Below are positions 44,907 to 54,858 of a stretch of 64,000 bases of DNA, one piece after another (within the stretch, counting starts at the first letter, position 1; the number at the start of each line of letters is the position of its first letter). The notes beneath the pieces were generated by a model that was not told where the DNA came from, searched no databases, and saw only the letters and a program-made list of their open reading frames with translations. Source of the stretch: an uncultured Spirochaetaceae bacterium (GTDB taxonomy: Bacteria > Spirochaetota > Spirochaetia > Treponematales > Treponemataceae); contig CACZYY010000008.1 of the NCBI GenBank assembly GCA_902785455.1, positions 851 through 64,850 of the forward strand. The letters run 5' to 3'. Made by a program: the position numbers and the translations under genes.

Positions 44907-46136
44907 TTAAATATAGTGTTTTAATTCGATTTTATCGATTTTCTTTGTCTTAACTGCTACGATGTAGTTTCCTGTGATTGACGAAAGCACATCGAATGCA
45001 CATGCGAAGCTGCACAAAATTGGCATCGCCGGTCTCAAAAGCAAATATCCTGCCTCAAAGCCACGCCCGTACATTGCGCAGATTACTGTGAGCGAAACAA
45101 AAGTGCCGCCGACAGGGAAACTTCCGAGCGCGAAAGAAGTGATGAATGAAACGGCGAAAATCCAGATTACATCAAAGAATGTGAAGCCCAGGCTCGAATA
45201 AGAGCGGAGAATCGTAACGAAACAAATCGTTGTGACCAGGGCTGTTCCGCCGCGTGCGAAAATTGAGAAAAGCGGGAGTGCGAAATTGTTTGTCTCATCG
45301 TGGATTCCAAGGCTTTCTTTGCCGTGTCGTGTGTTTGTAAGAAGGGTGATGTTAGAGTCGCCTGTAAAAAAGCCGGTGATGATTGAACACAAGCTTGCGT
45401 AAAGCACATGATAAGGCCGCAAATCCTTGCAAAGAAGGCGGAGAATCAGCGGATAAATCAAGCCCGCAACAATTACAAAATCAACCAGAAGCATGAGAAA
45501 AATTGGAAGGAAGGTAGGAGATGCAAAAATTGTTCGCGCCTGAAGCATCCAGTAGCACGCAATTGCAATCATGCCTACAGAAAGCCACTCCACGAAGAAT
45601 GCGGACATTGTCTGGCACAGTTTCATTGCTGAGTCGAAAACGCTGAGAATTGGTTTGGAGTCATTTGGATCAGAAGCACAGGCACCGCCCGCAAAAGCCG
45701 CAAGGACAAAAACCGGGAGCAGATAAATTCCGTCTTTGAGGGAATCGAAGCCTGAGAACGGAAAGACGTTCAGAATCATCTGCTTGATGTCTATTTGCGG
45801 AACCTCAGAGATTTTTTCGACGCTGATTGGAATACGTGGGAGTGAAACAAAAAGAATTGATAGAAGACCGAGCGCAACGAGAATCAAAGTTGAGCCTACG
45901 ATTGTGCCCGCAGTCCAAAGACTTGTCTTTAAAATGTGTTTTTTGCTTCGAAGATTGAACATTGACATGGCTGTGCCAAAAAAAAGCAGCGGAATTACCG
46001 CGTATCTGCCAAAACGAATTGCAATTTCGGACATGGTTGAAACTGCTGAATCAACAGATGGAATGTTGAGCGGGAGAATAAAAGCCGCCAGCACACCAAG
46101 AACTAAACCAATCAAATATTTAATCCAAACTTTCAT
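44907..46136 (-). CDS. Dicarboxylate/amino acid:cation symporter family protein
   Basis: Multi-TM protein with SDF-like layout (FP.S.F, ARGGTAL, ..GNY.V); motifs divergent. Confidence 0.7.
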   Translation of the reverse strand: MKVWIKYLIGLVLGVLAAFILPLNIPSVDSAVSTMSEIAIRFGRYAVIPLLFFGTAMSMFNLRSKKHILKTSLWTAGTIVGSTLILVALGLLSILFVSLPRIPISVEKISEVPQIDIKQMILNVFPFSGFDSLKDGIYLLPVFVLAAFAGGACASDPNDSKPILSVFDSAMKLCQTMSAFFVEWLSVGMIAIACYWMLQARTIFASPTFLPIFLMLLVDFVIVAGLIYPLILRLLCKDLRPYHVLYASLCSIITGFFTGDSNITLLTNTRHGKESLGIHDETNNFALPLFSIFARGGTALVTTICFVTILRSYSSLGFTFFDVIWIFAVSFITSFALGSFPVGGTFVSLTVICAMYGRGFEAGYLLLRPAMPILCSFACAFDVLSSITGNYIVAVKTKKIDKIELKHYI

Positions 46137-46183
46137 AATTTTAGTATATCAAATTACTAAGAAATCTGCTATAATAGTTCGTT

Positions 46184-46945
46184 ATGGGAAAGATGATTTT
46201 GTTCGTTGGCAAGGAATTTCCTGCCGGAAATGATATGGCTTCGGGAGCCTCTTTTCAGGGGCGCAAGGTTATTGCTTCAAGTAACGTTCCTCCTGCCGAA
46301 AAGGAAGGCGAAGGCGATAATAATGGAGAAGTCCAGAAAGCTGGCGGAATCCTTTTGGTCAACTGGAACCGTTCATCTGCTCTTTCTTGCCGTTCTCTTG
46401 CATTGAAGTGTGAGAACGAGGGCGGGCTCGACGAGGCAGTTCTTGTATTCGACGAGTTTTATCTTGCTACAAAATATCGTGATGTTGACAACAACGCTCA
46501 AATTCTTGAAGAATTGGTTGGCAGCTATCAGTATCTTACCCAGGAGCTGATTGCCCGCTTTAACAGGCAGCCTTCCCGAATGCGCAAACTTGTCTTCCTT
46601 TACAAGTCAAATTATTCCCTTGCAGACGGAATCAATTCATCCACTGTTCGTGCTTCTGGGATCGAACTTTCAAATCCGTTGATTGCCGCCGCCGCCGGAG
46701 CTTTTAAGGCCTACGCAGAAAACATGGCGGCTCGTCTTGCGGCAGGGGCTAACATCACGCCGATTCTTGTCTCATGTGATTCTCAAAACGATCTTTCCAA
46801 ACGCGACAGCTCGCTCTCTGTGTGGTTGTGCGAGTACATGGATTCAATCGATGCCCTTAAAAAGCCTCTTTCACCCAAACAAAAAGTTTCATGGGTAAAA
46901 GCCGGTGCCAAAAACCCAAGCGGATTTGGAATTTTGGGATTTTAA
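46184..46945 (+). CDS. Hypothetical protein (possibly degenerate Rossmann/SDR-like)
   Basis: 253-aa ORF; WNRSSALS and AAGAF segments; no catalytic motif recognised. Confidence 0.6.
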   Translation: MGKMILFVGKEFPAGNDMASGASFQGRKVIASSNVPPAEKEGEGDNNGEVQKAGGILLVNWNRSSALSCRSLALKCENEGGLDEAVLVFDEFYLATKYRDVDNNAQILEELVGSYQYLTQELIARFNRQPSRMRKLVFLYKSNYSLADGINSSTVRASGIELSNPLIAAAAGAFKAYAENMAARLAAGANITPILVSCDSQNDLSKRDSSLSVWLCEYMDSIDALKKPLSPKQKVSWVKAGAKNPSGFGILGF

Positions 46946-46981
46946 AAATTAAAAATGAGCAATGAGGAATTAGTATTTTTT

Positions 46982-47080
46982 GGCGCAAATTTTACTGGCT
47001 GCCGCTGTTCCGCAGCTCACTAACGCTCGGTCGTCCGCTTCGCTTCCGACTGGCTTCGCCACTGCTCCATAGCTGAGCGG
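46982..47080 (+). repeat. Divergent copy of repeat family 5
   Basis: GCCGCTGTTCCGC...CTCCATAGCT parallels CGGGCTTTTCGC...TACAATCCC with swapped pairing; shares CTAACGCTC with the 2849 copy. Confidence 0.4.
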
Positions 47081-47121
47081 ATTTTATTTTTCAAAACATT
47101 TTTTTCGCTGAATGAGGATTT

Positions 47122-48933
47122 ATGGATTATTCTAACCCGCTTATCGTACAAAGTGACAGGACTTTACTTCTCGATGTTCATGCGCCTCGTGCAACTGACT
47201 GCCGTAACGCGCTGATTCCTTTTGCAGAATTGGAGCGTTCTCCTGAGCATCTTCATACTTACCGGCTTACACCTCTTTCTTTATGGAACGCAAATGCCGC
47301 GGGCTTTTCTCCGGATGATGCCGTAAAAGTGCTCCATGATTTTGCCCGCTACGATGTTCCGCAGAGCGTTGAGATGTGGATTAAAGAAACTGCCGGCCGC
47401 TTCGGAAAATTGCGGCTTGTTCCCGCTCCGTGGATTGAAATCCCGGACCCAAAAAAGCCTTCCGAAAAAATCAAAGAAGAATATCTCTACCTCGTTACGG
47501 AAAGCATTCCTGTTTTTAAGGAAATCGGGGCGAGCCTCGTTGGTCGAAAATATCTTACAAATTGTGAATATGAAGAGCCTCAGGACGAGCTTATGAAAAA
47601 GACGGTCGTGTCTGAGGACGAAAAATCTCACTGTTTCCGCCTTAATCTCACTGACCGTGGCACAATCAAGCAGGAACTTTTGAGAATGGGCTGGCCTGTA
47701 AAAGACGATGTTCCGCTCATTGACGGCGAGCCGCTTGAAATCAACCTTCGCCAGAAAACCTTGAGCGGGCGGGATTTTGTTCTCCGTCAGTACCAGAAAG
47801 AAGCTGCTCAGGCAATCGTCGGCGACAAAGGGCCGGGAACTGGCTTTGGCACAATTGTTCTTCCTTGCGGTGCGGGAAAAACAATCGTCGGCATGACCGT
47901 AATGGACCTGCTTAAAACCAGCACGCTTATCATTACCACGAATATTTCTGCGGTTCATCAGTGGATTGACGAGCTTATCGACAAGACCAACTTGACCCAT
48001 GATGACATTGCCGAATACACCGGCGAAAACAAGACGATTAAACCTGTCACCGTGGCAACTTATCAGATTCTCACATGGCGGCCAGAAAAAGACGGTCCTT
48101 ACCCGCATTTCTCTCTTTTCCGAAAGCGAAACTGGGGCTTGATTGTCTACGATGAAGTCCACACTTTGCCGGCTCCTGTCTTCCGTGTTGCGGCTGAGAT
48201 TCAGGCTGTGCGCCGGGTCGGTCTTACTGCCACTTTGGTTCGTGAAGACGGCTGTGAAGGCCATGTTTTTTCTCTCGTCGGTCCAAAACGCTACGATGTT
48301 CCGTGGAAGGACTTGGAAAGCACGGGCTTTATCGCCACGGCCGAATGTATTGAAGTTCGAATTGACTTGGGCGAAGAAAAGGAAATCGAATACGCGGTCG
48401 CTGACTTGCGGAAAAAACACAGGATTGCGAGCGAAAATCCCAAGAAGCCCGAATTTGTAAAAACTCTGGTGGAAAAATCTCCTCAGGACAAGATTCTTGT
48501 CATCGGTCAGTATTTGAGCCAGCTTGACGAGCTTTCAAAAATGCTCGGCTGCCCGATTATCACTGGAAAAACTCCCAACGAGGAGCGCGATAAAATTTAC
48601 GCTGATTTCCGAAGCGGTGCAATCCGCGTGTTGGTCGTAAGCAAAGTCGCAAACTTCGCAATCGATTTGCCGGACGCCAGCATGGCAATTCAGGTGAGCG
48701 GCACTTTCGGTAGCCGTCAGGAAGAAGCCCAGCGATTAGGACGAATCTTGCGCCCAAAAGAGCGAAAATCAAGATTCTTCACGCTGATTACGCGCAACAC
48801 TGTCGAAGAAGAATTCGGCTCGAACCGCCAGAAATTTTTGGCAGAGCAGGGCTACCAGTACAGGCTTGTCCGCTGCAAGGAAGCGAGCGAATTGGGCGAA
48901 GCACTTGACGGCGAACAGTTGTGCCTGAATTAG
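47122..48933 (+). CDS. XPB/Rad25-type DNA repair helicase
   Basis: PLIVQSD, ERSPEH.HTY, LPCGAGKT, DEVH, GLTAT, QRLGRILR. Confidence 0.93.
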   Translation: MDYSNPLIVQSDRTLLLDVHAPRATDCRNALIPFAELERSPEHLHTYRLTPLSLWNANAAGFSPDDAVKVLHDFARYDVPQSVEMWIKETAGRFGKLRLVPAPWIEIPDPKKPSEKIKEEYLYLVTESIPVFKEIGASLVGRKYLTNCEYEEPQDELMKKTVVSEDEKSHCFRLNLTDRGTIKQELLRMGWPVKDDVPLIDGEPLEINLRQKTLSGRDFVLRQYQKEAAQAIVGDKGPGTGFGTIVLPCGAGKTIVGMTVMDLLKTSTLIITTNISAVHQWIDELIDKTNLTHDDIAEYTGENKTIKPVTVATYQILTWRPEKDGPYPHFSLFRKRNWGLIVYDEVHTLPAPVFRVAAEIQAVRRVGLTATLVREDGCEGHVFSLVGPKRYDVPWKDLESTGFIATAECIEVRIDLGEEKEIEYAVADLRKKHRIASENPKKPEFVKTLVEKSPQDKILVIGQYLSQLDELSKMLGCPIITGKTPNEERDKIYADFRSGAIRVLVVSKVANFAIDLPDASMAIQVSGTFGSRQEEAQRLGRILRPKERKSRFFTLITRNTVEEEFGSNRQKFLAEQGYQYRLVRCKEASELGEALDGEQLCLN

Positions 48934-48956
48934 CCCGAATTAATCTGCTTTTCAGG

Positions 48957-51212
48957 CTAGCGCACTCTTATATCCGTGATTGCCACCTGGTCGCCCGAAA
49001 GCGCCACGAAAACTTCTTTGTTTCCGTCATTTATCCTGGTGGTGTTCTGGATATAAATTCCTTTGTTTTGAGTTTGAAGAGTCACTTCGTTTCCGTCCTT
49101 GAAAAACTCAATGTGACATTCATAGCCAGCTTTATTCTGCTCTTCCCAAATATCCCAGCTCTTGAAATTCTCGGTTCGTCTCATAATGAATGAATTTGTG
49201 GCATATTTTGGCGAGCCGTTCTCTTCGCCGTCCAGCTTTATCATCGCATATTCTCGATAATTTTTGCCGTAGATTTTTTTATCATCAGAGTAGTAAAGAA
49301 TAATATACGGACAGTGCCATACCAGATTTGCGTCCGGAAGGCTCTGTGCGTGGAAATAAAGCTTTAATTGTTCTTTTATTTCGATTCCTTTGGTGAATTT
49401 TGACAACGGATTGACAATCTGAACGTTCGGAATGTCAGATTCAATTCTGTTGATGTAGGTTGCTTTTTCTGTAATCCGCGGAATATCGTTCTTTTCAAAT
49501 TTTTGTTCTGTTTTCTTGATTTGTATGTTGCTGATATGGACATTTTCGCCGGTAATTCCAATGTATGCCGCCTTTGATTCGCTTGGAAGTGCGACAATGG
49601 CTTCAAAACTTTTTTGCGGGCTTTTCATTTTTATCAAAAGATGGTCTTCAAAACGGCCTGCAATTATTTTATAAGAAGAATTGTCATCGCCATCAGTTTC
49701 TGTAATATTCCGAATTTCCATGTTTTTTGCGCTTGTTGAAATTGAGTGGAAGTCAAACCAAAGTTCTCCATATTCAAGATATTTATGTGCGTCAATTGCT
49801 TTGCTTGTTTCGTAAACTTGCCCATCAGATGAATCAAAAAGAATTATTGAAGGAGCAGAAAATATTTTGTCGTTTTCAATGTTTTCGCAGTCAAAACTTA
49901 TCTCCGTGATATTCTGTTCGACAGAAATTCCTGTGGTTACATTTTCACGGTAAGTGTGGCATAGGATTTCAGTCTCGGTTTTTTTGGACATTTTATCAAA
50001 GACTCCGTTGTTTGTGCCCAAATCCAAAAGCTGATACGCGGCTTTTGAAAAAACAGGATCATATTTAAAGCCTGCTTCGCGAATAAATACTTCACGGACG
50101 AAGAATTTTGAAAGAGTCGTATCATTTATCATGTTTTCATAATCTTTGGCAACGGTGACAATTCTTGCGAATTCCGGGATTTCTTCGCCTTTGACGGAAT
50201 ATTTATTGCCTTTTCCGTCATATCGCTCACCGACATAAAGAGCTGTCTCGCTTAAAAACGGATATTCTTTTATGCAGGAAAGTGCTTCTACGCCAACATC
50301 GCAAAGATAAGCCGAGTAATAAACTCTTTCACAGTCTTCTGGGCTTCGGCCTGCCTTTTGGGCGATTAATTTTGCCATTATTGCAGTACGTTCGGAATGT
50401 CCCAGCTGTTCCCTGTTGTTCTTTTCCATTAATTTTGCAAAAGAAGCCGCTGCCTGAGAGAAAATTCTTTTCATATTCTCGCGTTCAGCCTTAAAACCCT
50501 GAATCTCAACATTGTGTGCCCGGACAACTTCGTCATTTATATCCAGGTATGTAAAAAAGTAGAGAGAAACTGAAACTAGAACTATCGACATATTGACGAT
50601 AGAAATTCCATACGCAAAGAACTGAATGAGTCCAATTATAATCGGAAGGAATGTGTACAAGAAAATAGCCGTGTTGATGAATTTACTGAAACATTTTCTG
50701 TGCATAAAAATTGCCGAAAACTGAATAATCGGGCAGACTGAGGGAATTATATAGCACACAAAAAAGGCCGGCCCACGATGATAGACGTTGTTTTCGTCGA
50801 AGTAATAATAAAGCCCGGTGAAAGCGGCGATGATTGCCAAAAGCATTCCGATGGCAGAAGCAAAGCATGTAATTCTGAGCCTTCGTGGAATAATCTTCAA
50901 TTTGCCTTCGTTCGTAAGCAAATCTGTCAGATAGAAATTGAAACAGAATACGATGGCACTGGTCATGAAAAATATGATGAAATTTGAAAGACGCAGCATG
51001 ATGTAGCCTGTTGCGGTCGTAACTCCATCATAGATGTAAGTAAGCCTGTCAAAAAAAATCAGCAGGGTGGCGATAATTTCCATGTTGATTATAATCCACT
51101 TGCGTTTTTTGGGAAGAAATCGCGTGATAAAAAGCATTACCATCATGGACGTGCTGAATGCACAAAGAGCGAGCATTATATTAAGCTGATGAAGTCTGAT
51201 GAAATTAAACAT
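48957..51212 (-). CDS. 7-TM sensor + degenerate HD-GYP + tandem beta-sandwich domain protein
   Basis: N-terminal TMs with YYYFDENNVYHRG loop; GHSERTA, LCDVG (HD to CD), VGERYDGKG (HHE lost); duplicated C-terminal module. Confidence 0.75.
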   Translation of the reverse strand: MFNFIRLHQLNIMLALCAFSTSMMVMLFITRFLPKKRKWIIINMEIIATLLIFFDRLTYIYDGVTTATGYIMLRLSNFIIFFMTSAIVFCFNFYLTDLLTNEGKLKIIPRRLRITCFASAIGMLLAIIAAFTGLYYYFDENNVYHRGPAFFVCYIIPSVCPIIQFSAIFMHRKCFSKFINTAIFLYTFLPIIIGLIQFFAYGISIVNMSIVLVSVSLYFFTYLDINDEVVRAHNVEIQGFKAERENMKRIFSQAAASFAKLMEKNNREQLGHSERTAIMAKLIAQKAGRSPEDCERVYYSAYLCDVGVEALSCIKEYPFLSETALYVGERYDGKGNKYSVKGEEIPEFARIVTVAKDYENMINDTTLSKFFVREVFIREAGFKYDPVFSKAAYQLLDLGTNNGVFDKMSKKTETEILCHTYRENVTTGISVEQNITEISFDCENIENDKIFSAPSIILFDSSDGQVYETSKAIDAHKYLEYGELWFDFHSISTSAKNMEIRNITETDGDDNSSYKIIAGRFEDHLLIKMKSPQKSFEAIVALPSESKAAYIGITGENVHISNIQIKKTEQKFEKNDIPRITEKATYINRIESDIPNVQIVNPLSKFTKGIEIKEQLKLYFHAQSLPDANLVWHCPYIILYYSDDKKIYGKNYREYAMIKLDGEENGSPKYATNSFIMRRTENFKSWDIWEEQNKAGYECHIEFFKDGNEVTLQTQNKGIYIQNTTRINDGNKEVFVALSGDQVAITDIRVR

Positions 51213-54200
51213 TTATTCCACCTCTTTGATTTTCTTGGGAATTTCCATCATTTCTTTGGGAAGATGCTTCATAATAGTTTTTTCCAAAAGAACAGGATCA
51301 ATCGGAAGAGACAACATTCCATCGAAACCTTTGTTCTTATAAAAATCTTCTCCCGAAGAAGAATTTTCTGTAATGATGTAAACCGAAAGTGCCGGCGCAA
51401 AGTGCTTGACTTGAGAAATCAGCTCGTCGAGAACTTTCATGTCGCTTTCAAAAAGCAGGTGGTCAACGAATGCTACGTTGAATGAATTGTCCCGGATTTT
51501 GTCGATAAAATCCTGCCTGCTGTTTGCACTTGTTATAAAGACTTTCGTTGCTTTCAAAAGATTTTCGATAGCGCATAGATTTGTGAAATTCTCGCTTGCG
51601 ACAATGACATCAGCATCTGGTGCAATGAATTCTGGAATGTATGGGCCTCGTTCCTCAACATCATCAGTTTCTGTAAAAATTCCGATTGGAGTCTGGTCAA
51701 TAATTTTCTGGGTGAGCGTAAAAATAAATTCAGAGCCTTTGCCGACGTCACTTGTGCAGACAAGAACTCCGCCCATCATCTCAGCGAATCTTCGTGAAAT
51801 ATCGAGCCCCAGGCCGGTCTTTAAATGCATATCTTTTGCATCTTTTTCAAAAGCTCCGTATGCATCAAAAATTGTTTCGATTATTTCGGGCTTCATGCCG
51901 TTTCCTGTATCGGTTACGCGGAGGCAGAGATCGCACATATTGTCCGTTCGGCTTTCCATCGAAATTTGCAGGATGACTCCGCCTTCTTCGGTGTATTTTA
52001 TTGCATTGGAAAGAAGATTCAAGAGAACGTGCTTGATTTTGCCGACGTCACCATAAAGCCTGCATGGAATCAAATTGTCAATGGAAACTTCAAATTTGAG
52101 GTGCTTGTCAGAACTTTTTACGCGGTTTGACATGACGACAGAGCGAAACAAATCCTTCACATCATATTCGGTTTCTGAAAGAGAGAGTTTTCCTGACTCA
52201 ATTTTGGTCATTTCAAGAAGGTCGTTGATGAGGTTCAAAAGTGATTCGGATGCAGTTCGGATAGACTCTCCATAATTCATTATGGAATGGAAGTAATCTT
52301 TTGGAACATCTTTTGCATTTTCTCGAAGAATCATTTCGTCCATGCTCAGAATTGTGTTTATAGGCGTTATGATTTCCTGTGACATATTTGAAAGGAAGCG
52401 GGATTTTGTTTTGTTTGCAAGCTCCGCTTCTTCTTTTGCAAGCTGAATCTGCCTGTATTGCTTTGTAATGACCGTGGATTTCATTATGCGCCAGACGATA
52501 AAGCCTGCGATGAGCACCAGTATGGAAATTAAGAAAATACGGATAAAAAAGACTTCATAAAGCTGCGGAATTTTGATGATTTCAATTGCCTTGTCGAGCA
52601 GGACTTCCTTTTTATTGTGACTTAAAACCTGAATGTGGAATTTGTAGCTTCCGTAAGAAAGACCAGTATATTCGAGTGGAAAAAGTTCGTTCTGATTAAC
52701 TGTAATTCCATCTCCGCCTGCACCCTCCAAAAAAATTCGGACCGGCGGATTTGCCATTGTGTAATCCATTACAGACGCCATAAATTTTATTCGTTCTTTT
52801 GATGCCGGAATGATGTAAACGCCCTTTTCGTTTGGCAGAATTTTTTTGTTCCCGCAAAAAATTGAATTGATAGCCGCTTTGGTCTGTGAAGTCTGTTCCG
52901 AATAGGCATCGATGTTGACGCATGAAACTCCCTCACGGCAGCAAACGTAGAGATTTCCCTTTTCATCCTGCGTGCTGAACGAATTCGCTGTGACCGTGCT
53001 TGGAAGACCGTTCGCAATCGTGTAAAGCCGGTAATCATTTACTTCGTCCGAAAGCAAATCTTCGGCGTTGGCAGTATAAATGCCGCTTGAAGCAAGAATC
53101 CAGACTTCATCGTCTTTGTTTATATAAAGATCGTAGTTATTGTTGTATGGAAATGAACTTACGTTCTTAATCATGCCCTTCTGCATATATTGAAGCGAAT
53201 TTGAAGTTACAATCCATAAAACGTCGTGCTTTTTGTCTTCTTTGATTCGCATTACGACATCGCTCGTAAGACCTTCATCGCGGCCGTACCTTGTGATTTT
53301 TGAGCCGTTGATTACGTAAATTCCGTCGCCGTTGCTGCCAGCATAAATTCTTCCGTCTGAGGCTTCTTCTACTGTGAGCAGAATCGGGTTCTTAATGATT
53401 TCTTCGGTTCCGAATGTTTTTATGACTTTTTTATCTTTGATTATGACAAGACCGTTGTTCGTTCCGCAGAGAATGCTCCCGTTTTGTGAGAGTTTGAGCG
53501 TTCGAATCATGTTGTTGGGCATTCCGTTCCTGGTGGTGAAAGAAGTGATTTTGCCGCTCGCGTCCAGGCAGACCAGACCTTTGTCGTTGGTGAATGTTCC
53601 AATCCAGAGATTCTTTTTGTTGTCTTCGATGATGCATCTGACTCGTGAATCTGAAATGAATTCTGTGAGCGCGTTTTTTAATTCGTGTTTGTTTTTGTCG
53701 ATGATGAACAGACCGGTTTCCGTTCCGATATAAAGGCAATCGTTGTGCAGGCAGGTGCTGTATGTCGTTTTTTTGGGAAGCTTTGCTTCTTTTGATATGT
53801 TCACAAAATTATTGGAAACGACTTTCATGACGCCCTGCGTTGATGAACAAGCCCAGATATTGCCCTGATAATCTGATGTGAGCATTTGTATCGCGCTCGT
53901 AAGCGGAAGATTCGGAATAAGGACAAATTTGTTTTCGCTGTCAAGGTAGCCGATTTGAGTCGCTGAGCACACCCAGACCCGCCCGCATTCATAGCATATC
54001 CATTGTGCTGTTTTAATAGGAAGAATATCGATTTTGTCCATTTGTGAGCTTTTGGTGCCAAAATCACCGTAATAAATTGTTCCGCCCTCATCGCACAGAT
54101 AAAGCTTGCCCGGATTGAACGGGTCCACGAGCATAGCGGTAATTCTTTGCATTCCAAGCTCTTCACTGGAATAAACTTTTGTGACATTCCTGTTTATGAT

Positions 54201-54848
54201 TACGAAAATAATTCCGTTCGTGGTTTGACCGTAAATTTTACCTGTTGAATCCGATTCAAGTTTTACGACTTCTTCTTTGCTTAAGCGTGAGTCAGGAAGC
54301 GGGTATAAAAGACCTGTACTGCTCACGAATGCAAGGCCTGATGAAGTGGCTATGAAAATATTTCCGGATTTGTCTTCTGCAAAACTTCTGATTGAAGAGG
54401 CTGGGAGCGCATCTTTGTATGTATAGCGTTTTGATTTTTCGCCTTCGATTACGACAACGCCGTTATCGTTCGTGCCGACCCAAATGCGGTTCCTGCTGTC
54501 TTCAAAAAATGCACGCCCGCTTGTAAGACCTGCTGATGTTGAGAGCCGCTCAAAAATCGTACCGTCATAGCGGATTACGCCGTTGTAACCTCCGAGCCAG
54601 ACATATCCGTCTTTTGAACCGAGAATGAAATTTGCATCAGAAGTGGGCAAGCCGTTTGTGGCATCATAAATCTTGCTGGAAAAACCGATTCCCTTGAGCT
54701 GCCCTGTCGCGGCGTAGCCTCCACCAAATTCGTCAAAATTTTTTTGTGAAGAATGCGCGCTAACTGCTCCAAAAAAACAAAGTACTGTTAAAGCGAGACT
54801 TTTAACTGAATTATGAGCCAGCACATGACTTAAATTTCGCAAAATCAA
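51213..54848 (-). CDS. Hybrid sensor histidine-kinase-like protein (beta-propeller + Y_Y_Y, HisKA with His to Gln, HATPase, degenerate receiver)
   Basis: Reg_prop repeats (D..G.IW.GT..G), YTGLSYG.Y, FLSNMSQEIITP, NLLSNAIKYT, DTG.GM, TGLGL. Confidence 0.88.
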   Translation of the reverse strand: MILRNLSHVLAHNSVKSLALTVLCFFGAVSAHSSQKNFDEFGGGYAATGQLKGIGFSSKIYDATNGLPTSDANFILGSKDGYVWLGGYNGVIRYDGTIFERLSTSAGLTSGRAFFEDSRNRIWVGTNDNGVVVIEGEKSKRYTYKDALPASSIRSFAEDKSGNIFIATSSGLAFVSSTGLLYPLPDSRLSKEEVVKLESDSTGKIYGQTTNGIIFVIINRNVTKVYSSEELGMQRITAMLVDPFNPGKLYLCDEGGTIYYGDFGTKSSQMDKIDILPIKTAQWICYECGRVWVCSATQIGYLDSENKFVLIPNLPLTSAIQMLTSDYQGNIWACSSTQGVMKVVSNNFVNISKEAKLPKKTTYSTCLHNDCLYIGTETGLFIIDKNKHELKNALTEFISDSRVRCIIEDNKKNLWIGTFTNDKGLVCLDASGKITSFTTRNGMPNNMIRTLKLSQNGSILCGTNNGLVIIKDKKVIKTFGTEEIIKNPILLTVEEASDGRIYAGSNGDGIYVINGSKITRYGRDEGLTSDVVMRIKEDKKHDVLWIVTSNSLQYMQKGMIKNVSSFPYNNNYDLYINKDDEVWILASSGIYTANAEDLLSDEVNDYRLYTIANGLPSTVTANSFSTQDEKGNLYVCCREGVSCVNIDAYSEQTSQTKAAINSIFCGNKKILPNEKGVYIIPASKERIKFMASVMDYTMANPPVRIFLEGAGGDGITVNQNELFPLEYTGLSYGSYKFHIQVLSHNKKEVLLDKAIEIIKIPQLYEVFFIRIFLISILVLIAGFIVWRIMKSTVITKQYRQIQLAKEEAELANKTKSRFLSNMSQEIITPINTILSMDEMILRENAKDVPKDYFHSIMNYGESIRTASESLLNLINDLLEMTKIESGKLSLSETEYDVKDLFRSVVMSNRVKSSDKHLKFEVSIDNLIPCRLYGDVGKIKHVLLNLLSNAIKYTEEGGVILQISMESRTDNMCDLCLRVTDTGNGMKPEIIETIFDAYGAFEKDAKDMHLKTGLGLDISRRFAEMMGGVLVCTSDVGKGSEFIFTLTQKIIDQTPIGIFTETDDVEERGPYIPEFIAPDADVIVASENFTNLCAIENLLKATKVFITSANSRQDFIDKIRDNSFNVAFVDHLLFESDMKVLDELISQVKHFAPALSVYIITENSSSGEDFYKNKGFDGMLSLPIDPVLLEKTIMKHLPKEMMEIPKKIKEVE

Positions 54849-54858
54849 ATCTCCTTCA

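Noticed and set aside
47281-48420. 379-aa antisense ORF within the XPB gene, and other long shadow ORFs (e.g. 58277-58978, 51439-52056)
   Set aside because: They fully overlap well-supported genes on the opposite strand and have no recognisable motifs.
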